A stretch of DNA of 64,000 nucleotides from Vicinamibacteria bacterium (GCA_963422395.1 OY729431.1:2080001-2144000); one strand, 5' to 3'; numbered from the stretch's first letter, positions 48,014 through 57,654 are shown. The notes: generated by a model from the letters alone, not told the origin. Numbers and translations are program-made.

Positions 48014-48122
48014 CAGCCTGCGCCGCAGAAAACGATGACCCCCATACGGAGCAGGTCGATTCGTCGATGACCACTACATATGGTGGTAGATCGTGCTTGG
48101 AATCGTTCGCCGGCACAGGCTG
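48014..48122 (+). mobile_element. MITE family C, full copy (109 bp)
   Basis: TIRs CAGCCTGCGCCG / CGGCACAGGCTG, flanked by CTAA and CCAG. Shares CTGCGCCGCAGAAA and CATATGGTGGTAG with the IS end at 59116-59155 (reverse strand). Confidence 0.75.
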
Positions 48123-49114
48123 CCAGCCCTTGTCCCCGAGCTCGCCAAGGCTCTCCCTCGACACCTTCTTCGACCGCTCCCTCGGAGCCGAGCAGTGACG
48201 AGCCGCCGCGCGAACTCGACCACTTTCTCGCTTCCTGTGCACAGGAGGTGGAGGCCTTTCTCGATGGTGCGCTGCCGCCGGCGAACGGTGTTTTCGGCTC
48301 GTTGGGCCGGGCCATCCGCTACGCGGCGCTCGGCGGCGGCAAGCGGGTTCGGCCGGCGCTCGCCATGGCCTCGGCGCTCGCCGTCGGCGGGCAGAGGAAG
48401 GATGCGCTCGCCGCCGCCGCCGCAGTGGAGATGATCCACACCTATTCGCTGATCCACGACGACCTGCCGTGCATGGACGACGATGACCTCCGCCGTGGAA
48501 AGCCGACCGTTCATATCCGGTTCGGGGAGGCGATCGCGGTTCTCGCCGGGGATGCGCTCCACACCCTGGCTTTCACGGTGCTTTCGGGGAGTGAAGCACC
48601 GGAAGCGGTGCGCCTCGAATCCGTTCGGCGTCTCGCCGAAGCCGCCGGACCCGCCGGGATGGCAGGAGGGCAGGCGCTCGACATGGAAGCCGAGACCCGC
48701 TCTCCCGGCGCCCGCGGACTGGAATCCATCCATCGCGCGAAGACGGGGGCCCTGTTCGGCGCTTCTACCGCGCTCGGCACCCTCGCCGGCGGCGGCGATC
48801 CGGCGCAGGTGGAAACGGCGGCCCGTTTCGGCGTGGAGCTAGGGCTCGTCTTCCAGATCGTGGATGACCTCCTCGACGAAGAGCAGCCGAGCGCGGCGCT
48901 CGGCAAGGCTTCCGGGAAAGATCGGGCCGCCGGAAAGGCGACCTACCCGGCGATCCACGGACGAGCGGCAGCGCGTGCCGAAGCCTGCCGGCGGGCGGCT
49001 GCAGCGGGCCGGATGCTCGCATCATGGAAAGACCGGGCGGCCGATGCGTCGAGCTGCCGCGGGGTGAGACTGCTCGGGCTGCTGGCCGAGCGCGTGGTGG
49101 CTCGAACCACCTGA
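48080..49114 (+). CDS. ispA: Geranyltranstransferase / FPP synthase
   Basis: GGKRVRP, EMIHTYSLIHDDLPCMDDDDLRRG, GQALD, KTGAL and FQIVDDLLD motifs. Start uncertain. Confidence 0.92.
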   Translation: MVVDRAWNRSPAQAASPCPRARQGSPSTPSSTAPSEPSSDEPPRELDHFLASCAQEVEAFLDGALPPANGVFGSLGRAIRYAALGGGKRVRPALAMASALAVGGQRKDALAAAAAVEMIHTYSLIHDDLPCMDDDDLRRGKPTVHIRFGEAIAVLAGDALHTLAFTVLSGSEAPEAVRLESVRRLAEAAGPAGMAGGQALDMEAETRSPGARGLESIHRAKTGALFGASTALGTLAGGGDPAQVETAARFGVELGLVFQIVDDLLDEEQPSAALGKASGKDRAAGKATYPAIHGRAAARAEACRRAAAAGRMLASWKDRAADASSCRGVRLLGLLAERVVARTT

Positions 49115-49122
49115 TTCCTCCC

Positions 49123-50166
49123 GTGGCCGCGAAGACGACGACCCGTCCCCGCCTCCGGAACCGGGGCGCCGCCTCGGAATCGGGACGCCGCTTCCGCCCG
49201 CCGACTGGACGCCCGCTTCGGATCGGTATCGTCGCCAAGACCACTGCGCCCGAGACCGGGGACACCATGCGCGGACTCACGCGCTGGCTCGAGAGCCGCG
49301 GCGCCCGTCCCGCGCTGGAAGCAGATCTCGCGGAACGGGCGGGCTGGACCGGGGAGTCGTTTCCGCTCCCGGAAGTGGCGAAGGAGCGAGACTTCGCTCT
49401 GGTCCTCGGCGGAGACGGCACCCTGTTGTCGGTGGCGCGCGCGATGGGAATCCACCAGATCCCCATCTTCGGAGTGAACCTCGGAAGCCTCGGCTTCCTG
49501 ACGAACGCGCCGCTCGACCAGCTCTATCCGGGGCTCGAAATGATCCTGGAGGGCGAGGGGGTCCTGGATGGACGATCCACCTTTCGGGCCGCCCTCTTCC
49601 GGGGAGGGGAAGTCGTCCGCGAGGATCTGGCCGTGAACGATGTGGTCATCACCGGAAGCGCCATCGCGCGCGTGATCGAGGTGCGGATCACCAGCAGCCT
49701 GGGATTCGTGGCGACGGTACACGGCGATGGAGTCATCGTGGCGACCCCGACCGGTTCCACCGCCTACAACCTCGGCGCCGGCGGGCCGGTGGTTCACCCG
49801 GCGGTGGATGCCCTCATCCTGGCGCCCATCGTCCCCCTCACCCTGACCCAGCGGCCAGTGGTGTTTCCCGACAACGAAGAGCTCTCTCTGACCCTCAGGG
49901 GTCGAAAACGGCAGGTTCGGGCGACCTTCGACGGTCAGGAGAGCGAGAAGATGGAGCTTGGCGATGTGCTCAGAGTCCGGAAATCGGAAGTGAGGCTCCA
50001 GCTACTCGGCCTGCCGGATCAGAACTACTTCCGGGTCCTGCGCAAGAAGCTGCTCTGGAGCGCGCTGCCTCCCAAGCGGGCGCGTGCGGTCGCGCCCACT
50101 CCCCCCGACCAGGGAAACGAGTCCGGCGTGAAGGTCGGCATCGCTCGCTCGGGTGTCTCTTCATGA
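49123..50166 (+). CDS. nadK: NAD kinase
   Basis: LGGDGTLL, GVNLGSLGFL, VNDVV and DGVIVATPTGSTAYNL motifs. Start approximate. Confidence 0.93.
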   Translation: MAAKTTTRPRLRNRGAASESGRRFRPPTGRPLRIGIVAKTTAPETGDTMRGLTRWLESRGARPALEADLAERAGWTGESFPLPEVAKERDFALVLGGDGTLLSVARAMGIHQIPIFGVNLGSLGFLTNAPLDQLYPGLEMILEGEGVLDGRSTFRAALFRGGEVVREDLAVNDVVITGSAIARVIEVRITSSLGFVATVHGDGVIVATPTGSTAYNLGAGGPVVHPAVDALILAPIVPLTLTQRPVVFPDNEELSLTLRGRKRQVRATFDGQESEKMELGDVLRVRKSEVRLQLLGLPDQNYFRVLRKKLLWSALPPKRARAVAPTPPDQGNESGVKVGIARSGVSS

Positions 50167-50274
50167 ACACCTCTCTCGGGAGTCCGTCTCCCCCAAGCCC
50201 AGTATCCAGAATCGGGAGAGAGGGGGTGTCCCCTTTTCTCAGGAAGTGAGAACTCCCATCCGAATCGCTGTCAG

Positions 50275-50302
50275 CAGCCTGTGGAAGTCGCGCGAGCCCC
50301 AA
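50275..50302 (+). mobile_element. Left end of MITE family A abutting the family B array
   Basis: CAGCCTGTGGAAGTCGCGCGAGCCCCAA versus CAGCCTGTGGATGAAGTGGCGCGAGCCCCAA. Confidence 0.65.
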
Positions 50303-50307
50303 CCCCG

Positions 50308-51053
50308 CCCGAGAGAGCCTCGACCCCCAGTCCGTGGCCTAAAAAACACCTGTTGCGACCGAAGCTCCGCTTCGGGCGCGGCACAGCGGGGGTATGTGTG
50401 AAAGGGGGTCCACCCCCTTTCACAGAATTCGTGACTCGGAATCCGAAATCGCTGCCTCCGGCAGCAGTTCGGATTCCCGGCGCAGAGCGCCGAGCGTTCC
50501 GGGAGCGGGGCGTCCCGCTCTTCCCACGAGAGTGCGAGACGACATCACGCCCCGAGAGAGAGCCTCGACCCTCTCCGTGGCCTAAAAAACACCTGTTGCG
50601 ACCGAAGCTTCGCTTCGGCGCGGCGCAGCGGGGGTATGTGTGAAAGGGGGTAGACCCCCTTTCACAGAATTCGTGACGCAGAATCCGAAATCGCTGCCTC
50701 CAGCAGCAATTCGGATTCCCGGCGCGAAGCGCCGGGCGTTCCGGGAGCGGGGCGTCCCGCTCTTCCCACGAGAGTGCGAGACGACATCACCCCCCGAGAG
50801 AGAGCCTCGACCCCCAGTCCGTGGCCTAAAAAACACCTGTTGCGACCGAAGCTCCGCTTCGGGCGCGGCGCAGCGGGGGTATGTGTGAAAGGGGGTCCAC
50901 CCCCTTTCACAGAATTCGTGACTCGGAATCCGAAATCGCTGCCTCCGGCAGCAGTTCGGATTCCCGGCGCGAAGCGCCGGGCGTTCCGGGAGCGGGGCGT
51001 TCCGCTCTTCCCACGAGAGTGCGAGACGAAATCACGCCCCGCTCCCGGAACGC
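50308..51053 (+). repeat. Tandem array of three ~243-bp structured repeats (family B)
   Basis: Units start at about 50308, 50551 and 50793. They are near-identical, and each has several hairpins. Confidence 0.95.
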
Positions 51054-52133
51054 TCAGTGTTCGAGTCGGTTGACGACCCGGAACACTCCGGGAGTGCTCC
51101 GGGCGATGGACTCGAGGATCCGCGATTCGATGGAGCTGCGCACGACTCCGGTCAGCGCCACCACCCCGCGCGAGACCACGATGTGGATCGGTGGATTCAC
51201 GCGGTTCGCGCGGTCCGAGAATCGCGGGTCCCGGTATATCCGGTAGTACAGGGCGCTCCGGAGGTCCTGGTCGTTGGGGGACAGCGGTAGCACCTCAATC
51301 CGGTTGTCCACGCTTTTCACTCCGAAGACCCGGGCGACCCGGCTCTCGATCTCCGTCTTCTTGAAAGGCTCGGTGACGGCGCCGATGAGCACGATCTCGT
51401 ACGGTTCCTCCATCCCGAAGTTGATGTCGTCGAACACCGTGTAGTACGAGTAGCGCAGGACCGCACGGCGGACACCCTCGACGAGATCCTCCATGCTCTC
51501 CGGCTCGGCGATTTCGAGGTCGGGATCCACTGCAACCACTCCGGCCACCGACTCGGCTCGTTCCACCACCTCGCGCCATTCCCAGGCGTTCGCGACCTGG
51601 CCGGTCAGTCGGACCACGCCTTCGTTCACACTCACGCGGGGATCCTCGGCCTCGAGGTCCGCCGCGGCAATTCCGGCGGCCACCTCAGCGCTCACCGCGG
51701 CATCGGCGCGGGACGCAGTCCCGGGTTCGGCCGCGGGGGGCGGCGAAGCTTCGGCCGCTTCCAACCCCTCTGCCTCCCGGTTCCGAACCGCCGCTTCGCC
51801 CACCTCCGTCTTCCGGTCGCTCGCAGACTCCGACTCCGGATCCGCGGGACCTAGGGGATCGAGCACGACGATTTCGGTTTCGACCGCAGTGACACCCTCC
51901 ACGAAGAGCGCGATCTCGACGACCCGCAAGCGGGTCGCCTCGTCCAGCACTTCGCCGGACAGAATCGCCACGCCGTCGCTCACCTCCACTTCGAAGAGGC
52001 CGACGGCCAGATCGGCCGCTTCGATAGCTTCGGCGATCTCCTCGGTGAGCCGGGTGTCGGACCGGGGCTGCTCCGCAGCGGAAAGGGGAAGCGCCGACAC
52101 GGCGAACAGCAGTAATGGGAACAGGTTGCGCAT
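51054..52133 (-). CDS. Multi-BON-domain protein (about 4 BON domains)
   Basis: Signal peptide and repeated V..GVV.L.G.V ... GV..V.N.L motifs. Confidence 0.85.
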   Translation of the reverse strand: MRNLFPLLLFAVSALPLSAAEQPRSDTRLTEEIAEAIEAADLAVGLFEVEVSDGVAILSGEVLDEATRLRVVEIALFVEGVTAVETEIVVLDPLGPADPESESASDRKTEVGEAAVRNREAEGLEAAEASPPPAAEPGTASRADAAVSAEVAAGIAAADLEAEDPRVSVNEGVVRLTGQVANAWEWREVVERAESVAGVVAVDPDLEIAEPESMEDLVEGVRRAVLRYSYYTVFDDINFGMEEPYEIVLIGAVTEPFKKTEIESRVARVFGVKSVDNRIEVLPLSPNDQDLRSALYYRIYRDPRFSDRANRVNPPIHIVVSRGVVALTGVVRSSIESRILESIARSTPGVFRVVNRLEH

Positions 52134-52260
52134 GATTCTCGACCTCATCGTTTTCGGACTTCTCGAGAAACGCAACTGTCATGCCGCAGCACGACTGCGG
52201 GCAGTCCGTTCCCGGAGCGGCGCGAGCTTCCGGACCGGGGTTCTCCCGGTGGGGCCCCGG

Positions 52261-52382
52261 CTGAACCGCTTCGCTCTTCATTGCAAATCCGTCGGAATAC
52301 GCCCGGTATGCCTCCCGATTCGCGCCTTGTCCGCCGGGGGCCTCCCCGATCTCGGGGCTCGCGCCACTTTATCCACAGGCTG
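52261..52382 (-). mobile_element. MITE family A, partial copy
   Basis: Reverse complement of the left about 120 bp of family A. Ends ATCCACAGGCTG followed by CTAG. Confidence 0.82.
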
Positions 52383-52396
52383 CTAGTCTCGTCCCC

Positions 52397-52885
52397 ATGG
52401 GCGAACGACCCCGCCGCTACTGGCTGATGAAGAGCGAACCCGAGGCCTACAGCCTCGACGACCTCGAGCGGGACAAGACGACTCACTGGGACGGCGTCCG
52501 GAACTTCAAGGCACGCAATCTGATGAAGGACATGGAGATCGGCGACGGAGTGCTCTTCTACCACTCGAACGCCAAACCTCCCGGCATCGCCGGGGTCGCG
52601 CGAGTCTCCCGGAAAGCGTATCCGGACTTCACCCAGTTCGATCCGGACTCGAAGTACCACGACCCGCGCGCCACTCGAAAGAAGCCGTGGTGGTACATGG
52701 TGGACATCGAGTTCGTCTCGCGCTTTCCCGAAGAGATCGCACTGCCGGTGCTCCGCCAGCTGCCCGAGCTCGAAGGCATGGCTCTCCTGAAACGGGGTCA
52801 ACGGCTTTCCGTGCAGCCGGTGACCCCCCAGGAGTGGGCGTTCCTCCTCGATTTCGGCAGGCGCGGCCGAAGCCGCGGCGGCTGA
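52397..52885 (+). CDS. EVE domain protein
   Basis: YWLMKSEP, WDGVRN..ARN, FYHS, AYPD.TQFD and RLSVQPV motifs. Confidence 0.93.
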   Translation: MGERPRRYWLMKSEPEAYSLDDLERDKTTHWDGVRNFKARNLMKDMEIGDGVLFYHSNAKPPGIAGVARVSRKAYPDFTQFDPDSKYHDPRATRKKPWWYMVDIEFVSRFPEEIALPVLRQLPELEGMALLKRGQRLSVQPVTPQEWAFLLDFGRRGRSRGG

Positions 52886-52992
52886 ATTCGGTAGCCCCGC
52901 GGAAACTCTCCGGGCGGCAGGCGGGTCGCCGCGGCGCGTTCACGAGGCCCCTGCCCCGGTACACTTTCCGCTGTTTTCTCTTGGAGGCCTTC

Positions 52993-54297
52993 ATGTTCCC
53001 ACGCGCCGCGCTCACCGCACCGCTCCTCGCCCTCACCGCCGCCTCCGCCGCTGCCCAGGAAGTCGGCGCCTGGGACGACCGCATCCAGGATGCCGTCTCG
53101 CACCATGAGGAACAGTCGGTCGCCTTTCGCCACCAGGTCCACCAGTTCCCCGAACTCGGAAACCGCGAATTCGAGACCGCGCGTCTCGTTGCGGAGCATC
53201 TCCGCGAGCTCGGTTTCGATGAGGTCCGCGAGGGAGTCGCCCACACCGGCGTCGTCGGTGTGTTGCGGGGCGGCAAACCGGGCGCAGTCGTCGCGGTCCG
53301 CGCCGACATGGACGCTCTGCCCGTCACCGAGGACACCGATTTCGAATTCGCTTCCACCGTCAGAACGACATACAACGGTCAGGAAGTCGGGGTCATGCAC
53401 GCCTGCGGGCACGATGTCCACACCGCGGTGCAATACGGAGTCGCCTCGGTGCTCGCCGGAATCCGGGAGGACATTCCCGGAACGATTCTCTTCATCTTCC
53501 AACCCGCCGAAGAAGGCCCCCCGCCGGGCGAAGAGGGAGGCGCCGAGCTCATGGTCCACGAGGGCGTCTTCGACGATCCCCGGCCGCAGGCGATTTTCGG
53601 ACTCCACACCCTGTCCGGACTACCGCTCGGAGTGATCGGGTTCACTCCGGGGCCAGCGCTCGCTGCGGTGGATCACTTCCAGGCGACGATCACCGGCGTG
53701 CAGACCCACGGCGCGCAGCCGCAGGCGGGAGTGGACCCGGTCGTGATGGCGGCGCAGACGATCCTCTCGCTGCAGACCATCGCCTCCCGGAATGTCCACC
53801 CGCTCCAGCCGGTCGTGGTGACCGTAGGCATGGTGAACGGAGGCCAGCGCTTCAACATCATCCCGGAATCCGTTGCGATCGAGGGGACCGTTCGGACCTA
53901 CGACCCCGAAGTGCGTGATCTCGTGGAAAGGCGAATGCACGAGGTGCTCGGCGGAATCACCGCTTCCGGCGGCGGCTCCTACTCCCTGACCTACGACCGC
54001 GGCTCCCCCGCAACGATCAACGATCGGGAGCTCACCGCCGAGAGCATTCTCACGGTCCGGCAGATCGTGGGCGCCGACAACACCCAGGAGCTCGATCCGA
54101 CGATGGGCGGTGAGGACTTCTCCTACTTCGCGAACGAGGTCCCGGGGTTCTTCTACCGGCTCGGGATCCATCGCGAAGGGACCCGGACCGGTCCGCACCA
54201 CTCCCCGTTCTTCCGTGCTGACGACGATTCGGTGGCGATCGGGATGCGGGTGATGTCCAACCTCCTGGTGGATTACCTGCTTCGGAACGCCTCCTGA
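52993..54297 (+). CDS. M20 family amidohydrolase, secreted
   Basis: GGAGG RBS, signal peptide, RADMDALP, MHACGHD, FQPAEE and EDFS motifs. Confidence 0.92.
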   Translation: MFPRAALTAPLLALTAASAAAQEVGAWDDRIQDAVSHHEEQSVAFRHQVHQFPELGNREFETARLVAEHLRELGFDEVREGVAHTGVVGVLRGGKPGAVVAVRADMDALPVTEDTDFEFASTVRTTYNGQEVGVMHACGHDVHTAVQYGVASVLAGIREDIPGTILFIFQPAEEGPPPGEEGGAELMVHEGVFDDPRPQAIFGLHTLSGLPLGVIGFTPGPALAAVDHFQATITGVQTHGAQPQAGVDPVVMAAQTILSLQTIASRNVHPLQPVVVTVGMVNGGQRFNIIPESVAIEGTVRTYDPEVRDLVERRMHEVLGGITASGGGSYSLTYDRGSPATINDRELTAESILTVRQIVGADNTQELDPTMGGEDFSYFANEVPGFFYRLGIHREGTRTGPHHSPFFRADDDSVAIGMRVMSNLLVDYLLRNAS

Positions 54298-54312
54298 CTA
54301 CGGACCGCCGTC

Positions 54313-54835
54313 CTAGCAGCCTGTGGATGAAGTGGCGCGAGCCCCAAGATCGGGGAGGCGCCCGGCTGACAAGGCGCGATTCGGGAGGCATACCGGGTGT
54401 ATTCCGACCGAATCGCAACGCCGAGCCAAGCGTTCAGCCGGGATGCATCGCCGGTCGACGGCCGTGTGACTTCGTCCACAGGCTGCTAACAGCCTGTGGA
54501 TGAAGTGGCGCGAGCCCCAAGATCGGGGAGGCGCCCGGCTGACAAGGCGCGATTCGGGAGGCATACCGGGTGTATTCCGACCGAATCGCAACGCCGAGCC
54601 AAGCGTTCAGCCGGGATGCATCGCCGGTCGACGGCCGTGTGACTTCGTCCACAGGCTGCTAACAGCCTGTGGATGAAGTGGCGCGAGCCCCAAGATCGGG
54701 GAGGCGCCCGGCTGACAAGGCGCGATTCGGGAGGCATACCGGGTGTATTCCGACCGAATCGCAACGCCGAGCGAAGCGTTCAGCCGGGATGCATCGCCGG
54801 TCGACGGCCGTGTGACTTCGTCCACAGGCTGCTAA
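54313..54835 (+). mobile_element. Head-to-tail triple array of MITE family A (3 x 169 bp, 173-bp period)
   Basis: Copies at 54317-54485, 54490-54658 and 54663-54831. 17-bp TIRs CAGCCTGTGGAYGAAGT. Junctions CTAG, CTAA, CTAA, CTAA. Confidence 0.92.
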
Positions 54836-56376
54836 CCCACCACCCGAACCCGCACCCGTCGAGCTCCGCCGGGCAGGTAGGCGAGCGGAAGGTCCTCGCG
54901 CTCGACGGTCTCGAGACTCGACGGATCGGCCCCGGCGGCGACCGCCCGAGACTTCGCTTCACGGGTCGCCGTTTCGAACGCCTCCTGGCGGCTGACTCCG
55001 TGGAACACCCGGTCCACTTCGCCTCCGATTCGGGCGATCGCGGCACCGACGGCATTGGCGACGCCGGCGTGCGGGACCGTGACCGTTTCCGAAATCCCGT
55101 CGAGCTCTGGCGGAACCAGAAACGCGGCTCCTCCAACGGCCACCAGAGGACGCTCGCGGGCGTCGGGTTTCATCCGATCCACCGCCTCGGCGATCCGCCC
55201 TCGAACCGCAGCGGCGAAGCGCCGGACGCTCTCCGCGGGCAACCGGGAGACGCGGCGGGGATCCCCGACCTCGGTCCAACCGGCAGCGACTCCGAAGTCG
55301 GTAGCAGTGGGCGTCTTCCCGCCGAAGACGAGCCCCTGCTCCATCAACCGGAACCCCACACTCTCCGGTCCGATCCGAATTCCGTCCGCTGAAACCAGGC
55401 TCCCGCCGCCGAGTGCGAGCGAGATCAGATCGGGCATCCGGAACAGGGTCCGCACCCCGCCCACTTCCACTTCCCGCGGTGCCTCCCGCGGGAAGCCGCC
55501 GCGCAGGTAGCCCACATCGGTGGTGGTCCCGCCCGCATCCACGACCACCGCATCCGCGGCGCCGGAGAGGAAAGCCGCGCCGGTCATGCTGTTCGTGGGG
55601 CCCGAGGAGAGACTCAGCACCGGGAACTCGCGAGCCGCCGAAGCGCCGGCGATCGTGCCGTCGTTCCTGGAGAGGAACAGCGGTGCGCCCGTGCCCGCCT
55701 TCTCCATCGCTTCGGTGAATCCGGCCGCCGCCCGGCCCGCGAGCGGCCGGAGCGCGGCGTTCAGGAGGCCGGCGTTTTCACGGCCGAGCAGTCCGATTCG
55801 GGAAAGCCGGCGAGACTCGGTGATGGACACCTCCGGGTACTCCTCCCGGAGGATCTCGGCGGCCCGGGCTTCGTGGCTCCCGTCGAGCGGAGAGAACACC
55901 GCGCAAAGCGCGATCTCCCGGATGCCGGCCTTTCGGGTTTCGCGCGCCGCTGCGCGAACCGCAGCCTCGTCGAGCGGGACGATGGGCCTTCCGTCACATT
56001 CATGGCCTCCCTCGACCAGGAAGACCGGCCCGCGGACGCGGCGAGCGAGTCCCGGGGGCCAGTCACAGAACGGAGGGAGGGAGGCGCTCGCCGGAAGCCC
56101 GATCCGAACCGCCGCCACCCGCTCGAGACCCGAACCGGTCAGTACCGCGTTCGTGAAGTGGGTGGTTCCGATCACCACCCGGGCGGCATCGGGTGCCCGG
56201 TCCGCATCTCGGAGAACCCCGCGAAGAGCGGCGGCGATCCCCGCGGTGACATCCTCGGTCGTCCGGGTCTTGACCGCAGCGAGCACTTCGGCTCCGCTCA
56301 TCAGCACGGCATCGGTGTGGGTGCCCCCGACATCCACTCCGACCCGCGGGCGGGGCGGCGGCGAAGCGGTGCTCAC
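54832..56376 (-). CDS. Hydantoinase/oxoprolinase family protein
   Basis: GVDVGGTHTDAV, IGTTHFTNA, SSGPTNSM.GA, DAGGTTTD and ANAVGAA motifs. Confidence 0.9.
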   Translation of the reverse strand: MSTASPPPRPRVGVDVGGTHTDAVLMSGAEVLAAVKTRTTEDVTAGIAAALRGVLRDADRAPDAARVVIGTTHFTNAVLTGSGLERVAAVRIGLPASASLPPFCDWPPGLARRVRGPVFLVEGGHECDGRPIVPLDEAAVRAAARETRKAGIREIALCAVFSPLDGSHEARAAEILREEYPEVSITESRRLSRIGLLGRENAGLLNAALRPLAGRAAAGFTEAMEKAGTGAPLFLSRNDGTIAGASAAREFPVLSLSSGPTNSMTGAAFLSGAADAVVVDAGGTTTDVGYLRGGFPREAPREVEVGGVRTLFRMPDLISLALGGGSLVSADGIRIGPESVGFRLMEQGLVFGGKTPTATDFGVAAGWTEVGDPRRVSRLPAESVRRFAAAVRGRIAEAVDRMKPDARERPLVAVGGAAFLVPPELDGISETVTVPHAGVANAVGAAIARIGGEVDRVFHGVSRQEAFETATREAKSRAVAAGADPSSLETVEREDLPLAYLPGGARRVRVRVVG

Positions 56377-57458
56377 CGGAACAGCGGCTGAAAATCGAAG
56401 TCGAAGCCGAAGGCCCTCGGCCCGACGAGATCGAGCGCTGCCGGGGTCTTGAGCGCTGCCGGAACGTCGAGAGCGATCACCCGCACCCGCTGGCCGTACG
56501 CGATCACTTCGGTCCCGAGCGCCTCTCCGGTCCCGGAGTCCAGAACGCAAAGAATCTCCGGGGTCGTCCCGACGGGCTCGCCGTCACGGAGAGCGACCGC
56601 GAACTCGTTCTGGAAATGGAGATCCATGGTGGCGCCGCGGTCCTCACCGAGCCCCGCGATCCGCGCGGTTCCGCGCAGGAATCCCCGGGTCGTGAGACGC
56701 TCGATATCGGACACTTTCCCGGCGAAGAGCGAAAGTCCGCCCTCCCCGGCGAGCACCGCTTCCACCGGATCCTCGTGCCGCTCACGCGCTCGGCGCAGGG
56801 CCGCGCCGATCCGGAGCGCCCGGGTCACGGACCCCTGGACCGCGAAGTCCTTGACTTCGCGACCAGTCCGCGGAGCCTTCGCGGTGGCGGCGATGGATCC
56901 CACCTCGGTCACCGCAACTCGGCCGAGCCGCTCCTGCCATTTCCAGCTCGCTGCTCGGTCCACGATCACGATGTTGTCCCGGATATCGGCGAGACAGAAC
57001 GGGTAGTTCCTGAGCCCCGCTACTGCGAAGGTGGTCATCTGCGCCTCGGGGAACGCCCGCCCCATGGAGTCGGCATCCACCACGGGAAGCGCGGTCCGCG
57101 CCGCCACCAGGAAACTCTGGAGTGCGTTGGAACCGCCGATCTCGAGCGACATCACCGCCGCGAAGGGCCGACCGAGCCGTTCCGCGAGCACTCGCACCGG
57201 GCGGGCCGCGATCTCGGGATCCGGCAACCGTTCCTCGCCGACGAGTGGAGCCCCCATGGTCGAAACCACCGCCACCAGATGATCGTCGTCGAGTGCCTCC
57301 GACGGGATCAACCGAGGGCGAAATCCACGCTTCGCCTCCTGACGCAGGTTCAGCAGCGAGTGGTATGGATCGCCGCCGCCCCCGGCGCCGAGAATCCAGG
57401 CTCCGGCCGCGAGATCCTCGATCTCGAAGGCATGAAGCTCCCGTTCGCCCGCAAACAC
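56373..57458 (-). CDS. DUF917 family protein
   Basis: LGAGGGGDP, MGAP, EIGG.N, D.MGRAFPE.QM, FQNE and PE.LC.LD motifs. Coupled to the hydantoinase gene. Confidence 0.85.
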   Translation of the reverse strand: MFAGERELHAFEIEDLAAGAWILGAGGGGDPYHSLLNLRQEAKRGFRPRLIPSEALDDDHLVAVVSTMGAPLVGEERLPDPEIAARPVRVLAERLGRPFAAVMSLEIGGSNALQSFLVAARTALPVVDADSMGRAFPEAQMTTFAVAGLRNYPFCLADIRDNIVIVDRAASWKWQERLGRVAVTEVGSIAATAKAPRTGREVKDFAVQGSVTRALRIGAALRRARERHEDPVEAVLAGEGGLSLFAGKVSDIERLTTRGFLRGTARIAGLGEDRGATMDLHFQNEFAVALRDGEPVGTTPEILCVLDSGTGEALGTEVIAYGQRVRVIALDVPAALKTPAALDLVGPRAFGFDFDFQPLFR

Positions 57459-57654
57459 CGGCGAGCGATGCTAGGAGTCTGCGCCGCAGGAAGGTTGGGG
57501 CGGATCGGGGGTTCGGGAGCGCGTGGGAGATTCGGGGGTTCGGGAGCGCGTGATCGGAGTCATGGGGCGGGATCGCGCAGTTTTCGGGCGGGAGGGGAGT
57601 TCGGGAAGGCGCTCCGGAGGGCCATTGGGCGCCAGGGCGGGGCGGGGCAGGCGT

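Noticed and set aside
48123-48198. Ancestral xseB C-terminal extension cut off by MITE-C
   Set aside because: It is in frame after removing the element, but that has a one-in-three chance and the current tail looks like a natural end.
50281-51073. Short ORFs in the family B array (and those at 54273-54825 in family A)
   Set aside because: Frames differ between copies because of indels, and there is no RBS or recognisable domain.
50308-54835. Tandem arrays as CRISPR
   Set aside because: Units are 173 and about 243 bp and are repeated in full, with no unique spacers and no cas genes.
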